This document shows positions 47,319 to 60,818 of a DNA stretch of 64,000 nt, piece by piece; positions within the stretch are counted from its first letter, which is position 1, and every line of letters begins with the position of its first letter. Position numbers and translations under genes: made by a program. Source of the DNA: Alphaproteobacteria bacterium. GTDB taxonomy: Bacteria; Pseudomonadota; Alphaproteobacteria; GCA-2731375. The DNA is taken from positions 2,336,001 to 2,400,000 of the forward strand of contig CBDDPY010000002.1 in the NCBI GenBank assembly GCA_965232515.1, in the 5' to 3' direction. Under the pieces are notes generated by a model. That model was not told the DNA's origin, did not search any database, and worked only from the letters and a program-made list of their open reading frames with translations.

Positions 47319-48509
47319 GTGTCCACCGCCCCGCCCTCCAACATGATCGTCCTGCTGACGAGTCTGACCGCCATTGGGCCGCTCTCGACCAGTATCTACC
47401 TGCCGTCGCTGCCGGCGCTGGCGGCGGATCTGGGCGCCAGTACCGGCGAGGCGCAGCTCACCTTGACTGCCTCGCTGATCGGCTTCGCGCTATTGCAGCT
47501 GGTATACGGTCCGCTCTCCGACCGCTACGGCCGGCGCCGGGTCCTGTTCGGCGGGCTGACGCTCTACGTTGTGGCCAGCGCCGCCTGCGCGCTCGCGCCG
47601 ACAATCGGTGCGCTGGTCCTCGCCCGGTTCGTGCAGGCCGTCGGTGGCTGCGCCGGCTCGGTGATCAGCCGGGCCGTCGTGCGCGACATGTTCACGCCCA
47701 CGGAAGGCGCGCGCGTGCTGGCCTATATCGGCATGGCGCTCGCTATCGCGCCGGCGGCCGGCCCGTTGATCGGCGGCCAGCTCGAAGTCTATTTCGGCTG
47801 GCGGTCGACCTTCATTGCGCTGAGCGCCGCAGGTCTCGCCATCCTGGTGTTCGCCGTTCTGCGCCTGCCGGAGACCAACCAGGGCGCGTCCCGCAGCACG
47901 CCGCTTTGGCGCATCGTCGGCGGCTATTGGCGGTTGCTCCGCTCCAGATCCTTTCTGGCCTTCAGCCTGAGCGCTGGCTGCCAGTTCGGCGGCTTGTTCG
48001 CCTTTCAGGTCGGCGCGCCCATCGTCCTAATCGGCATGCTCGGCGTCACGCCCGACACCTACGGCTTCTATACGTTGGTGCCGGTCGCCGGCTACGTGGT
48101 GGGCGGTTTCATTTCGACTCGGATCTCGGCCCGTCTCGGCATCCTGGCGATGACGCGGCTCGGGACCGCCGTGAACCTGTCGGGCGGCCTGCTGATCGCC
48201 GTCCTGGCCTTCACCGCCGAGTTAAGCGTGATCGCGCTGATCGGCCCGATGTTCATTTTCAGCCTGGGCATGGGCCTGCATCTGCCGAACGCCATGGCCG
48301 GCGCCATCGCCGATCACCCGGAGATCGCCGGCACGGCATCGGCCCTGCTGGGCTTCTTCATGATGGGTACCGGCGCGCTCGGCAGCGCGCTCGTCGTCGC
48401 CCTGCCGCACGCCGACCAGATCCCGATGACCCTGGTGGTGGTCGGCATGGCGATTTGCGCCAGCTTTGCGGTGCTGTGCTTGCGCAAAACGCACCCGGCA
48501 TCGGTGTGA
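47319..48509 (+). CDS. Bcr/CflA-family MFS efflux transporter
   Basis: IYLPSLP, QLTLT, GPLSDRYGRR, PLIGG..FGWR, LPET, AGTASA; start approximate. Confidence 0.92.
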   Translation: MSTAPPSNMIVLLTSLTAIGPLSTSIYLPSLPALAADLGASTGEAQLTLTASLIGFALLQLVYGPLSDRYGRRRVLFGGLTLYVVASAACALAPTIGALVLARFVQAVGGCAGSVISRAVVRDMFTPTEGARVLAYIGMALAIAPAAGPLIGGQLEVYFGWRSTFIALSAAGLAILVFAVLRLPETNQGASRSTPLWRIVGGYWRLLRSRSFLAFSLSAGCQFGGLFAFQVGAPIVLIGMLGVTPDTYGFYTLVPVAGYVVGGFISTRISARLGILAMTRLGTAVNLSGGLLIAVLAFTAELSVIALIGPMFIFSLGMGLHLPNAMAGAIADHPEIAGTASALLGFFMMGTGALGSALVVALPHADQIPMTLVVVGMAICASFAVLCLRKTHPASV

Positions 48510-48546
48510 TACGGTTGGGTTGAGCGAATCAACGGGGGAGGAAGCG

Positions 48547-49014
48547 ATGTCCCCATATCGAGGCGACATCGGACGCCGCGCGCGCCGCATGTGCGCGACC
48601 GTCCTGGCCGCCGGCCTGATCGGCGCCGTGACAGCCATTGCCGCGGGCGTCCCACCGGCATCGGCCGCCGGATTGGCCATCGAGCTGAACAAAGCGGAAA
48701 ACGGCAACGGCGGTTGCCTCGCGTCGTTCGTCATTCGCAACGGTCTGGGTCATACGCTCGACCGCTTCAGCATGGATGTGATCGTCTTCGACCAGGAAGG
48801 CGTGATCGCCGGCCGCAGCCTGCTCGACCTGGCGCCGCTGCCGGACGCCAAGACCACCGTCGCCACGTTTCCGCTGCAGAACGGCGGCTGCGACACCATC
48901 AGCCGTGTGTTAGTGAACAGCTTCCCGTCCTGCCGCGCCAATAGCGGTCAGGACGTCGACTGCCTCGCCGGACTCAGCGTCTCCAGCCGCGACGATATCG
49001 GCCTGGAAAAATAA
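48547..49014 (+). CDS. Secreted protein with four Cys (uncharacterised alphaproteobacterial family)
   Basis: Arg-rich leader plus signal peptide; IELNK...C..SFVIRN...FD..G...P..KT.V..F...C. Confidence 0.75.
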   Translation: MSPYRGDIGRRARRMCATVLAAGLIGAVTAIAAGVPPASAAGLAIELNKAENGNGGCLASFVIRNGLGHTLDRFSMDVIVFDQEGVIAGRSLLDLAPLPDAKTTVATFPLQNGGCDTISRVLVNSFPSCRANSGQDVDCLAGLSVSSRDDIGLEK

Positions 49015-49049
49015 CGGCCTTCACGTTGCCAACGCTTGATGCCGGCCGC

Positions 49050-49613
49050 TCAGAGCGTCAGTGATTTGACGATCTCGTCGACCTCGGCCTTCTCCTTGTC
49101 GAAGTAGTACTCGGCATGACCGGTGTAGAGGATCAAATGCAGCTTGTCGTCGGCGATCGCGCCATAGGCCTGGCCTTTGTACTGGCCGCCGGTGCTGGAG
49201 GTGATCGCCAAATCGAAGGCGAAGCCGTCGAGCTCGGCGAAGGCGAACGGCCGCAGGTTGTCCGGCTCGACGGCGCCGACGCCGCGCGCCGTCATGGTCG
49301 CGATAAGCAGATCGACGACGTCGTTCGCCCGCATATTGGCCGCGAATGTCGGCAGCTTCTCATCGCCGATCGGCTTATAGATCGTGCCGCCGTCGGGAAT
49401 CTCGTCGAAGAACATCAACGTCTGCAGCCCAATGCCGTCCTTGGTCCACTGCTCGTTGTCGTCGGCCGTGCGCCGGTTCCATGCACTCGTCGGCTGCACC
49501 GAGAATCGCTCCATGGCGATCTGCCGCTTCGGTTCGACCAGGGTGTACTGCACGCAGCCGGCCAATAGCCCCAGAAGAACCGCCGCCGATAACGCCTTCG
49601 AACCTGTTCGCAT
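49050..49613 (-). CDS. Hypothetical lipoprotein
   Basis: LAGC lipobox; WTKDG.GL; GGAG RBS. Confidence 0.75.
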   Translation of the reverse strand: MRTGSKALSAAVLLGLLAGCVQYTLVEPKRQIAMERFSVQPTSAWNRRTADDNEQWTKDGIGLQTLMFFDEIPDGGTIYKPIGDEKLPTFAANMRANDVVDLLIATMTARGVGAVEPDNLRPFAFAELDGFAFDLAITSSTGGQYKGQAYGAIADDKLHLILYTGHAEYYFDKEKAEVDEIVKSLTL

Positions 49614-49627
49614 CCTCTACTCCACTG

Positions 49628-50869
49628 TCAGTCCTTGTCGAGTTTATCGATATAGCTTCGGATCATGGCCGCATCGCCCGCGTCGGGCTGCAGCGAGAGA
49701 AACGTCCTGAACGCTTCGGCCGCCCGGTCGTTCTCGCCGCTGTCCCAATAGACGAATCCCAGCGAACGATGGGTCTCCGGCGGCGCGTTCGGCCCATCCA
49801 GCGCCTGCAGATAGAGGTCGATCGCGCGCCTGTTGTCGTCGTCGGTGCGGCGCAGGCGGTGAAGCTCACCCTGGAAGAAACGAAGCTCGCCCGACGCATC
49901 CGCTTCGGCCAGCCGCTGCAGCAGCACCTCGCTTTGTTCCAGACGCCGGCGTTTTAGCTCGTCCTTCAGCCAGTCGGCACGCAGCGGATGGACGGCCTCG
50001 GCGAACCTGCCGGCGCCGATTTCGCTGTTCGCCACGTCGGCTTCCGCCGCTCTCGCCTCCAGCGTTTCGACACGCTCTTCGGTCGGCGGATGCGAGGCAA
50101 AGAAAATCGGTTTGTCCTCGCTGTCGGGATCGGCCTCGCGCTCCCGCATCAGGCCATGCCAGGACTTCGCCGCCTCGCGTGGATCGTAGCCGGCCTCGAT
50201 CACCATCTGTAAGCCGAGCTCATCGGCCTCGCGCTCCTGGTCGCGGCCATAGGCGAAAATCGCCGAAGCGCCGGCAAGCTGCGCCAGGGCGCCGACAAAG
50301 CCCACGCCCGCCGCCGAGGTGAAGAGCTGCACGAACGCCATGGCGTCCGCGGTCTGGCTGGCATTGCGCCAGTTCTGCACCGAGTGTCGCCGTCGGTAGT
50401 GGGCGATTTCGTGGCCCAGAATGTAGGCGAGTTGCGCCTCGTTCTGGCAGCGCAGCAGCAGGCCGGTCCAGACCTGCATGACGCCATTTGGCGCCATGGT
50501 GGCGTTGAAGTGCGGCGTGCGGACAACATAGATGCGAAGCTCGTCGCAATAGTCCGGCGCCAGGCGGCAAACGATACGCCGCAGATAGGCGTTGAGCGCC
50601 GGGTCGTCGACCACCCGGCCGGATCGTCGCAACGCCTCTTCGACCCGGTCCATGACCATCCACAGGCCGGCCTCGTCGGAATCGATTGCCGGCCGCTCCC
50701 CCGGCTTCAAGTCGGGCAACGGTTCAGGCTTGTAGTCGTGGATATTCTGCGTTTCGTCGTTGCTGCGATAGGACTGCCATTCCGCTTCCGGTTCCCGCGC
50801 GTTCAGTTCGGCGGCGAACAGGCAAGCCGACGCGGCAATCAGCGCGCCGCAAACGCTGCCCAATCGCAT
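49628..50869 (-). CDS. M48-family metalloprotease with C-terminal TPR
   Basis: NA.MAPNG, LAYILGHEIAH (HExxH), QEREAD, FFASHP, TPR-like tail. Confidence 0.9.
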   Translation of the reverse strand: MRLGSVCGALIAASACLFAAELNAREPEAEWQSYRSNDETQNIHDYKPEPLPDLKPGERPAIDSDEAGLWMVMDRVEEALRRSGRVVDDPALNAYLRRIVCRLAPDYCDELRIYVVRTPHFNATMAPNGVMQVWTGLLLRCQNEAQLAYILGHEIAHYRRRHSVQNWRNASQTADAMAFVQLFTSAAGVGFVGALAQLAGASAIFAYGRDQEREADELGLQMVIEAGYDPREAAKSWHGLMREREADPDSEDKPIFFASHPPTEERVETLEARAAEADVANSEIGAGRFAEAVHPLRADWLKDELKRRRLEQSEVLLQRLAEADASGELRFFQGELHRLRRTDDDNRRAIDLYLQALDGPNAPPETHRSLGFVYWDSGENDRAAEAFRTFLSLQPDAGDAAMIRSYIDKLDKD

Positions 50870-51573
50870 CAGACCGGGAACTCCGCCAACAGTTTGTCCA
50901 GCATTTCGCCGGCCGTGTCGGGCTTGCGCAGATCGGTCCCCGCGCCGCCGATCGAATTGAACCAGACGATCTCGCCGTTCTGCAGATCGACGAGCGACGC
51001 GAAGCCTTGTTGACTGCCGCCCTGAACGCCGGCGCCCAGGATGGCGGCGGCCACGATCACCGCCACGCGGCCGGGGCTGGTGTAGCTGTCGCGCACATGG
51101 ATAAACAGGGCATAGTCCGCGTCGTGCGCCTCCCGCAACGCGGCCACGCCGGGACCGAGCGACCAGTCGAAGCGATCCTTTTTGGTCGGCAGAGCCATCG
51201 GCTGAATGTACTTGTGGACCCGGATGGCGGTGCCGACGGCGCCGTGCAGGTGGACCAGGCGTCCGTGCGCCGCTGCCCGAGACGGATCGACCGGCGGGCT
51301 GTGGCGAACCAGATCGAGATTCTTTTCGGCCATCATCCCGTCGAGGGCGGCGCCGATATGTCGTTCGGCCTTGGCGGTCCAGTCCGCTTTCGGCTCCAGC
51401 AATCCCGAAGCCTGCACCTCACTCAACTGAACATCCGGCGCCATAAGCAAGACGCGGGCGTTCGGCACCGGCTCGAACACATTCGTCGTCTTCAACGTCG
51501 CCGTCTGGCACGCAGTGACGATAAACAGGAGAAAAATAACGCCCGGAATGCGGGCGGTAGAACGCAAGTTCAT
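50869..51573 (-). CDS. Hypothetical lipoprotein
   Basis: VTAC lipobox; ADYALF, ASLVDLQNGEIVWFN; TGATG overlap with the M48 gene. Confidence 0.78.
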   Translation of the reverse strand: MNLRSTARIPGVIFLLFIVTACQTATLKTTNVFEPVPNARVLLMAPDVQLSEVQASGLLEPKADWTAKAERHIGAALDGMMAEKNLDLVRHSPPVDPSRAAAHGRLVHLHGAVGTAIRVHKYIQPMALPTKKDRFDWSLGPGVAALREAHDADYALFIHVRDSYTSPGRVAVIVAAAILGAGVQGGSQQGFASLVDLQNGEIVWFNSIGGAGTDLRKPDTAGEMLDKLLAEFPV

Positions 51574-51699
51574 CACAATCGGCCCCCCAAAGACCATCCT
51601 GAGGGCGCATTATCGGACGCGGATGCTCGCCTATCAAGAGCATCCAGTAGGAATTGCAGCCTATCGTGGTCGAGCGTTCAGCAGCGTCGGTGGCCGCAG

Positions 51700-54363
<2,664 letters not shown>

Positions 54364-54372
54364 GGCGTGACC

Positions 54373-56436
54373 CTATCCTTCGATCTGGCTGAAATCGGCC
54401 ATCCTGGCGAACTGCACATCGACCAACGACAACAACTTCAAGCGATTTTCGCGCAGATTTGGTGAAGATGCGTTTACCGTCACCTCATCGAAAAACGCGT
54501 CGACATCGGGCCGCAGGCTGGCGAATGCCGCGAAAGCGTCCTTGAAATTCTCGGATCTCAATGAATCGTTAACGCGGTCCTGCACCGCGCCCAGATGATC
54601 GAACAGGCGGTTTTCTTCCGGCTGCTCGAAGGCCTTGTCGTCGACGCTGTCGGAATCGAAATCGCGGCCGTCCTTTTTCGCTTCGATCCGCAAGATATTC
54701 GCGGCGCGGCGATGCGCCGTCAGCAGATTGATGCCGTCGTCGGACCGGATGAAATCGTTCAGCGCATCGACGCGCGCCATCAGGCGCACCAGATCGTCCT
54801 GCTCCGGCAGCGCGAACACGGCCGAGATCAGGTCATGGCGCACCCCGCGTTCGCGCAGGTGCACCTTCAGGCGGTCGGCGAAGAAGGCCAGCAGCCCGTC
54901 GACATCGAGCGCGGCCGCCGTCTCGCCGTAAAGCCGCCCGGCCGCCCGGAACACCTCGAGCAGCGGCAGGCGCAGATTGTTCTCCAGGATCAGCCGGATC
55001 ACGCCCAGCGCGGCACGGCGCAGCGCGAACGGGTCCTTCGAGCCGGTCGGCTTCTCGTCAATGGCGAAGAAGCCGACCAGCGTGTCGATCTTGTCGGCGA
55101 GCGCCACGGCGACCGACGTCGGCGCCGTCGGACACATGTCCGCCGGCCCGAGCGGCGAATAGTGTTCGGCGATGGCTTCGGCGACCGCGTCGTGCTCGCC
55201 ATCGTGTCGGGCGTAATAGCGTCCCATGACGCCCTGCAGCTCGGGAAACTCGCCGACCATCTCGGTCGTCAGATCGGCCTTGGCCAGCAGCGCGGCGGCA
55301 CGGCAACGGTCGCGGTCGGCGCCGGGGATGCGGTCGGCAAGCTCGCCCGCCAGCGCTTCCATCCGGTCGACTTTTTCGGCGAGCGTGCCGAGCTTGGCGT
55401 GGAACACCACGTCGCGCAGCGCCGGCACGCGCTCCTCAAGGCGCCTTTTGCGGTCCTGATCCCAGAAGAACCGAGCGTCGGCGAGGCGCGCCCGCAGGAC
55501 ACGCTCGTTACCGGCGACGATCTGCGCGCCGCCGTCCTCGGCCTCGAGATTGGCGACGACGACGAAGCGCGGCGCCAGCTTGCCGTCGGCCCCGGTGAGC
55601 GAGAGGTATTTCTGGTGCGCCCGCATCGACGTCACCAGCACCTCGGGCGGCAACGACATGAAGTCTGGATCGATCCGGCCCAGCAATGTCACCGGCCATT
55701 CGACCAGCCCGGCCACCTCGGACAGCAGCCCATCGTCCTGGGTCAGCGTCAGCTTCTCGCCCGCCGCCAGGGCTTCGGCGTCGGCTTTGATCCGTTCACG
55801 ACGATCGGCGGCGTCGAGCATCACGCGCGCGGCCGTCAGCTTGTCACGGTAGTCGTCGAAGTCCTTAACCTCGAAGACATCCGCCGCATGAAAGCGATGC
55901 CCCCGGGTCCGGTCCGACGCCGTCAGATCGGCGAACGTCACCGGCACCACGGCGCCGTCGAACAGGCAGAGGATATCGTGCAGCGGCCGCACCCAGCGGG
56001 CCGAGCCGCTGCCCCAGCGCATGCTTTTGGACCACGGCACGTTCGCCACCGCCTCGCTCAACATGGCCGGCAGCACGTCGGCCGTGGCCTGGCCCTTGCG
56101 CTCGATCACCGCGAACAGGAAGTCGCCCTTGTCGGTGCTGCGCACCTCGCATGCCTCGCGCGTCAGGCCGGCGGCCCGCAGAAAACCCTCAATGGCCTTG
56201 TCCGGCGCATCGGCGCGCGGGCCACGACGCTCCTCGCGGACATCCGCTTGCGCGGCCGGCAGTCCATCGACCACCAGCGTCAGGCGGCGCGGCGTGGCGT
56301 AGGCCTCGGCCGACTCGAAGGTCAGACCGGCCGACTTCAGCCCGTCCATCACCAGCCGTTTCAGATCGGCGGCGGCGCGCGGCTGCATGCGTGCCGGGAT
56401 TTCCTCGGAGAACAGCTCCAACAGCAATTGCGGCAT
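54373..56436 (-). CDS. glyS: Glycine--tRNA ligase beta subunit
   Basis: [51 protein letters not shown]. Confidence 0.98.
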   Translation of the reverse strand: MPQLLLELFSEEIPARMQPRAAADLKRLVMDGLKSAGLTFESAEAYATPRRLTLVVDGLPAAQADVREERRGPRADAPDKAIEGFLRAAGLTREACEVRSTDKGDFLFAVIERKGQATADVLPAMLSEAVANVPWSKSMRWGSGSARWVRPLHDILCLFDGAVVPVTFADLTASDRTRGHRFHAADVFEVKDFDDYRDKLTAARVMLDAADRRERIKADAEALAAGEKLTLTQDDGLLSEVAGLVEWPVTLLGRIDPDFMSLPPEVLVTSMRAHQKYLSLTGADGKLAPRFVVVANLEAEDGGAQIVAGNERVLRARLADARFFWDQDRKRRLEERVPALRDVVFHAKLGTLAEKVDRMEALAGELADRIPGADRDRCRAAALLAKADLTTEMVGEFPELQGVMGRYYARHDGEHDAVAEAIAEHYSPLGPADMCPTAPTSVAVALADKIDTLVGFFAIDEKPTGSKDPFALRRAALGVIRLILENNLRLPLLEVFRAAGRLYGETAAALDVDGLLAFFADRLKVHLRERGVRHDLISAVFALPEQDDLVRLMARVDALNDFIRSDDGINLLTAHRRAANILRIEAKKDGRDFDSDSVDDKAFEQPEENRLFDHLGAVQDRVNDSLRSENFKDAFAAFASLRPDVDAFFDEVTVNASSPNLRENRLKLLSLVDVQFARMADFSQIEG

Positions 56437-56441
56437 GGCGA

Positions 56442-57347
56442 TCAGGTTCCGGCCGGCAGCTCGTTCTGGCTCTTCAGCCAGGCTTCCGCGCTGAACTTGG
56501 AAAGCGCCCGTACGCGGCCGATATAGGCGGCCCGCTCGGTCACCGAGATCACGCCGCGCGCGTCCAGCAGGTTGAACAGGTGGCTCGCCTTGATGCACTG
56601 GTCGTAGGCCGGCAGCGCCAGGTCGGCTTCCGCCAGGGCCGCGCATTCCTTCTCGGCATCCTCGAAGTGCCGAAACAGAGCCTCGGTGTCGGCGCGCTCG
56701 AAGTTATAGCCCGAGAATTCGACCTCGGCCTGCTTGTAGACATCGCCATAGGTAACGACGGCATTGCCGGCGCCGCCGACCGTCCAGGTCAGGTCGTAGA
56801 TGCTGTCGACGCCCTGCACGTACATGGCCAGCCGTTCCAGCCCGTAGGTCAGTTCGCCCGACACCGGATGGCAGTCGAAGCCGCCGACCTGCTGGAAATA
56901 GGTGAACTGGCTGACTTCCATGCCGTCGCACCAGACCTCCCAGCCCAGGCCCCAGGCCCCCAGCGTTGGCGCCTCCCAGTCGTCCTCGACAAAGCGGATG
57001 TCGTGATTCTTCGGATCGATGCCGATCTCGTAAAGGCTGCCGAGATAAAGCTCCTGGAAGTCCGGCGGCGACGGCTTCATCAGCACCTGGAACTGATAGT
57101 AGTGCTGCAGCCGGTTCGGATTCTCGCCGTAGCGGCCGTCGGTCGGCCGCCGCGAGGGCTGCACATAAGCCACGTTCCAGGGCTTGGAGCCCAGCGAACG
57201 GAGCGTCGTCGCCCAGTGAAAGGTGCCGGCGCCGACCTCCATATCGTAGGGCTGGACGATCACGCAGCCCTGCGCAGCCCAGTAGTGCTGCAAGGTCAGG
57301 ATCAGGCCCTGAAACGTATTCGGGTCGCTGGCGTTTGCCGCCGCCAT
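56442..57347 (-). CDS. glyQ: Glycine--tRNA ligase alpha subunit
   Basis: [37 protein letters not shown]. Confidence 0.99.
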   Translation of the reverse strand: MAAANASDPNTFQGLILTLQHYWAAQGCVIVQPYDMEVGAGTFHWATTLRSLGSKPWNVAYVQPSRRPTDGRYGENPNRLQHYYQFQVLMKPSPPDFQELYLGSLYEIGIDPKNHDIRFVEDDWEAPTLGAWGLGWEVWCDGMEVSQFTYFQQVGGFDCHPVSGELTYGLERLAMYVQGVDSIYDLTWTVGGAGNAVVTYGDVYKQAEVEFSGYNFERADTEALFRHFEDAEKECAALAEADLALPAYDQCIKASHLFNLLDARGVISVTERAAYIGRVRALSKFSAEAWLKSQNELPAGT

Positions 57348-57434
57348 GGCCGGACAGCCTTGGTCATTTCGTGAATTGTGCGGCGCAAAATAACGGCGCC
57401 CCCGGAAGGGGTCAAGGAATGCGGGCGGATCCCG

Positions 57435-57668
57435 TCAGCCGCTCTGCGGGCAGTCGCCGCGGCCACAGTTCTTGGCGTCGTCGGCGATGAAACTGTCGCA
57501 GACCGGGCATTTCGTCAGGTCGACCGTCTCGACCTTCGGCGGTTCCTTGGCCGTCGTTTTGGGCGCCTTCGCGGCCGTCGCGCCGACCCGACGGCCGATC
57601 AGTTTCGCGCCGTAGAACACGACCGCGATCAGGACGAGCGTGAACAGGATCTTCGAGAAGCTCAGCAT
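57435..57668 (-). CDS. Small membrane-anchored protein with a C-terminal Cys4 motif
   Basis: N-terminal TM helix; CPVC-x9-CGRGDC. Confidence 0.7.
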   Translation of the reverse strand: MLSFSKILFTLVLIAVVFYGAKLIGRRVGATAAKAPKTTAKEPPKVETVDLTKCPVCDSFIADDAKNCGRGDCPQSG

Positions 57669-57712
57669 GGCTTAAGCGTTGACGACCTGCACCTGAGTCG
57701 TCAAGCGGCGCG

Positions 57713-58579
57713 TCACAGACCGAAGCGGGACCACAGCGTCCGGGTCTCGGCCGCGGCAAACAGGCCATGCGCGAAATCACCCGCGAACCCTTCATCCCAG
57801 CTCGGCGCCGCCCCGATGCCCAGACGACGCTGCAGCCAGCTGCGGCCGGCCTGCACCACGCGCAGCCTGACCTTGTCGCCGTAGCGCTCGCGCATCACCG
57901 TGCGCAAATCGCCGACACCGTCGATCAGGCCCAGCTCGAGCGCCTTTTCGCCGGTCCAGAAGTCGCCGTTGAACAGCCTGTTCTCATCGTCCTTGAGCCG
58001 CCCTTCGCGCCGCCGTCGGACATGCGCCTTAAAGGCCTCGTGCAGCTCGGCCTGGATGGTCTTCAGGCGCGCCACGTCCTCGGGATTCTCCGGCAGGAAC
58101 GGGTCCAGCAGGCTCTTCTTTTCGCCCGCCGTATACAGCCGACGCTTGACGCCGATCTTCTCGATCATCTCGGTGAACCCGAAGCCGGCCGAGATCACGC
58201 CGATCGAGCCGACGATCGAGGTCGCGTTGGCGTGGATCTCATCGCCGGCGCAGGCGATCCAATAACCGCCCGACGCCGCCACGTCCTCGCAGAAGGCATA
58301 GACCGGCAACTTCTTTTCCGCCGCCAACGCGCGGATGCGGTCGTGGATCAGCGCCGACTGTACCGGCGCGCCGCCGGGCGAATTGATCGACAGTGCGACC
58401 GCCTTGATGCCCTTCAGCTTGAAGGCGTGTTCGATGGCGCCGGCCAGCGCCGCCAGGTTCAGCGACGGCCGCAACGGACCCTGCTGCGGTCCGATCACCC
58501 CGTGCAGGCGCAGCACGGCCACCACGGGCGGCCGGGCCCGCTTGATCGGGATCCAGGAGCGAAGTGTGTCGAGCACCAT
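57713..58579 (-). CDS. S49-family peptidase (SppA/SohB-like)
   Basis: INSPGG, AASGGYW, GSIGV, DPF. Confidence 0.92.
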   Translation of the reverse strand: MVLDTLRSWIPIKRARPPVVAVLRLHGVIGPQQGPLRPSLNLAALAGAIEHAFKLKGIKAVALSINSPGGAPVQSALIHDRIRALAAEKKLPVYAFCEDVAASGGYWIACAGDEIHANATSIVGSIGVISAGFGFTEMIEKIGVKRRLYTAGEKKSLLDPFLPENPEDVARLKTIQAELHEAFKAHVRRRREGRLKDDENRLFNGDFWTGEKALELGLIDGVGDLRTVMRERYGDKVRLRVVQAGRSWLQRRLGIGAAPSWDEGFAGDFAHGLFAAAETRTLWSRFGL

Positions 58580-58618
58580 GGGGGTCTAGATAATGCGCCC
58601 GTCGGAAGGCGACAAGCG

Positions 58619-59386
58619 TCAGGATGGCTTCAGCGGCAATGCCGCGCCACGCCGCAGAACCTCGTCCGCCTCGGACGTATAGCCACCGCCGGGACCGTGC
58701 AGCACCAGCCCGGGCGCCAGTTGGCTTGGCCCGCGGCCGCCCTTGGTCGCCTGCACCAGCACCCGCTTCGCCGGCCGGCCGGCGCCGGGCCAGAGCGGAA
58801 AGACCACGATATCGCCCGCCCGACCCGCGAGGCCGGCCAGCAGATCCACCAGCCGCGCCGAGCGATGGATGACCGTCAAGGTCCCGCCCGGCCGCAACCG
58901 AGCAAGACAGAATTGCAGCCAGACGGACAGATCGGCATTGCCCTCGATATGGGCCGTCGTCTTGACCGGGTCGTGCGCCGCCTGCGCCCGTCCCGCCTCA
59001 TAGAACGGCGGATTGCAGGCGACATGATCGTAGACCTCGGCCGCAATGGCCGACGGCGGATGCCCAACATCGCCGGTCTCGACCGTGATCCGGTCGGCAA
59101 GGCCGTTGCGGACGGCGTTTTCCCGGGCCAGACCGGCCAGCATCGGCTGCAATTCGATGCCGGTCACCCGAATGTGATCGACCCGATACGCCAGACACGC
59201 CGCGACCGCGCCGACCCCGCAGCCCGCATCCAGCGCGTGCTGGCCGGGCCGCGCCGGCACGGCGGCGGCCAGGAACACGGCGTCGGATCCGGCCCGATAC
59301 CCCGTCAGCGGTTGCCGCAGACGCAGGCGGCCGTCCAGCAAGCCATCGTCGCTGATTTCGGCTCCGGCGAGGTTAGCGTCCGTCAT
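58619..59386 (-). CDS. tRNA1(Val) A37 N6-methyltransferase-like (TrmN6/YfiC)
   Basis: GYRAGSDAVFLAA, LDAGCGVG, NPPF. Confidence 0.88.
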   Translation of the reverse strand: MTDANLAGAEISDDGLLDGRLRLRQPLTGYRAGSDAVFLAAAVPARPGQHALDAGCGVGAVAACLAYRVDHIRVTGIELQPMLAGLARENAVRNGLADRITVETGDVGHPPSAIAAEVYDHVACNPPFYEAGRAQAAHDPVKTTAHIEGNADLSVWLQFCLARLRPGGTLTVIHRSARLVDLLAGLAGRAGDIVVFPLWPGAGRPAKRVLVQATKGGRGPSQLAPGLVLHGPGGGYTSEADEVLRRGAALPLKPS

Positions 59387-59591
59387 GTGCGATGCCGGTC
59401 TCATCCAGCACCCGCCGGGCCCTGGCGGCGTCCTCGTCGATCACCATCAGACGGCGGGGGATGGCGTTGATACTGCCCTCGATGACGCTGGTATGCGCAT
59501 CCAGTACCACCGCCTCGATGCCGGCATCCTTAAGCAGCGCCGTCAGCCATGAGAGCTGCACCAGGTCGTTCGTGCGCAGCAATTCAATCAT
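59373..59591 (-). CDS. DUF2007 (PII-like) small protein
   Basis: ELLRTND...ALL..AGI...D...S.IEGSI..IPRRLMV. Confidence 0.85.
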   Translation of the reverse strand: MIELLRTNDLVQLSWLTALLKDAGIEAVVLDAHTSVIEGSINAIPRRLMVIDEDAARARRVLDETGIAHDGR

Positions 59592-59713
59592 ATCGAACTC
59601 TGATTTCGCCCTTAACTCACCGTTCCGCCTGCGACATTCGGCCTCTTTGCCAAGGTAGATATCGGCCTATATGCTCGGACGTGCGTGAAAAAGGGTCAAC
59701 CGGGACAAAAACA

Positions 59714-60736
59714 TTGGCCGATGTCATCGCGCTGTCCGACGATCGCGGGGCGCATAAAAAGGCAAACCTGGACAGGCTGCAACGGCTGGTCGCCGCCGAC
59801 CTGACCAAGGTCAATCAGGTGATCGTCGGCCGCATGGGCAGCCAGGTGCCGCTGATCCCGCAGTTGGCCGGCCATATCATCGCCGCCGGCGGCAAACGCC
59901 TGCGGCCGTTGCTGACGCTGGCCTCGGCGCGCCTTTGCGGCTATGCCGGCGAACGGCATATCGATCTCGCCGCCTGCGTCGAGTTCATTCACACCGCGAC
60001 CCTGTTGCACGACGATGTCGTCGACAGCTCGGATCTGCGCCGCGGCAACGCCACCGCCAACGTGCTCTGGGGAAACCAGGCGAGCGTGCTGGTCGGCGAT
60101 TTCCTGTTCAGCCGGTCGTTCCAGCTCATGGTCGAGGACGGCAGCCTCGACGTCCTGCGCATCCTCGCCAACGCCTCCGCCGTGATTGCCGAGGGCGAGG
60201 TCATGCAGCTCGAGACGGCGAACAACACCGAGACCACCGAGGACGCCTATCTCGAGGTGATCTCGGCCAAGACGGCCGCGCTGTTTGCCGCCGCCTGCCG
60301 CATCGGCGCCGTCGTCGCCGACCGGCCCAAGGCCGAGGAAACCGCGCTCGACAGCTACGGCAAGAATCTCGGCATCGCCTTCCAGCTCGTCGACGACACG
60401 CTCGACTATTCGGCCCGGCAGGCGACGCTCGGCAAGACCATCGGCGACGATTTCCGCGAGGGCAAGGTGACGCTGCCCGTGGTGCTGGCCTTCCGGCGCG
60501 GCGACGAGGACGAGCGCGCGTTCTGGCGGCGCTGTATCGAGGACGGCGTGCAGGAAGACGGGGATCTGGAAAAAGCGCAGGAGCTGATGCAGCGGCACGA
60601 AGCGCTCACCGACACCGTCGAGCGCGCCCGCCACTACGGCGCAATGGCCCGCGACGCGCTCGGCATCTTCCCCGAGAGCGAAGTGAAAGCGGCGCTGGTC
60701 GATATCATCGACTTCTGCATCGAGCGCGCGCACTGA
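59714..60736 (+). CDS. ispB: Polyprenyl (octa/decaprenyl) diphosphate synthase
   Basis: GGKRLRP, LLHDDVVD...RRG, KTA, FQLVDD, GDDFREGK; TTG start inferred. Confidence 0.93.
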   Translation: MADVIALSDDRGAHKKANLDRLQRLVAADLTKVNQVIVGRMGSQVPLIPQLAGHIIAAGGKRLRPLLTLASARLCGYAGERHIDLAACVEFIHTATLLHDDVVDSSDLRRGNATANVLWGNQASVLVGDFLFSRSFQLMVEDGSLDVLRILANASAVIAEGEVMQLETANNTETTEDAYLEVISAKTAALFAAACRIGAVVADRPKAEETALDSYGKNLGIAFQLVDDTLDYSARQATLGKTIGDDFREGKVTLPVVLAFRRGDEDERAFWRRCIEDGVQEDGDLEKAQELMQRHEALTDTVERARHYGAMARDALGIFPESEVKAALVDIIDFCIERAH

Positions 60737-60818
60737 ATTTCATCTGAATTGAGCCTAAGGCTCCGCCTGCCGCTTGCGGCAGCGGTCCGGCGGCGCTATA
60801 AGTCCGGCCGGTCGGGAA

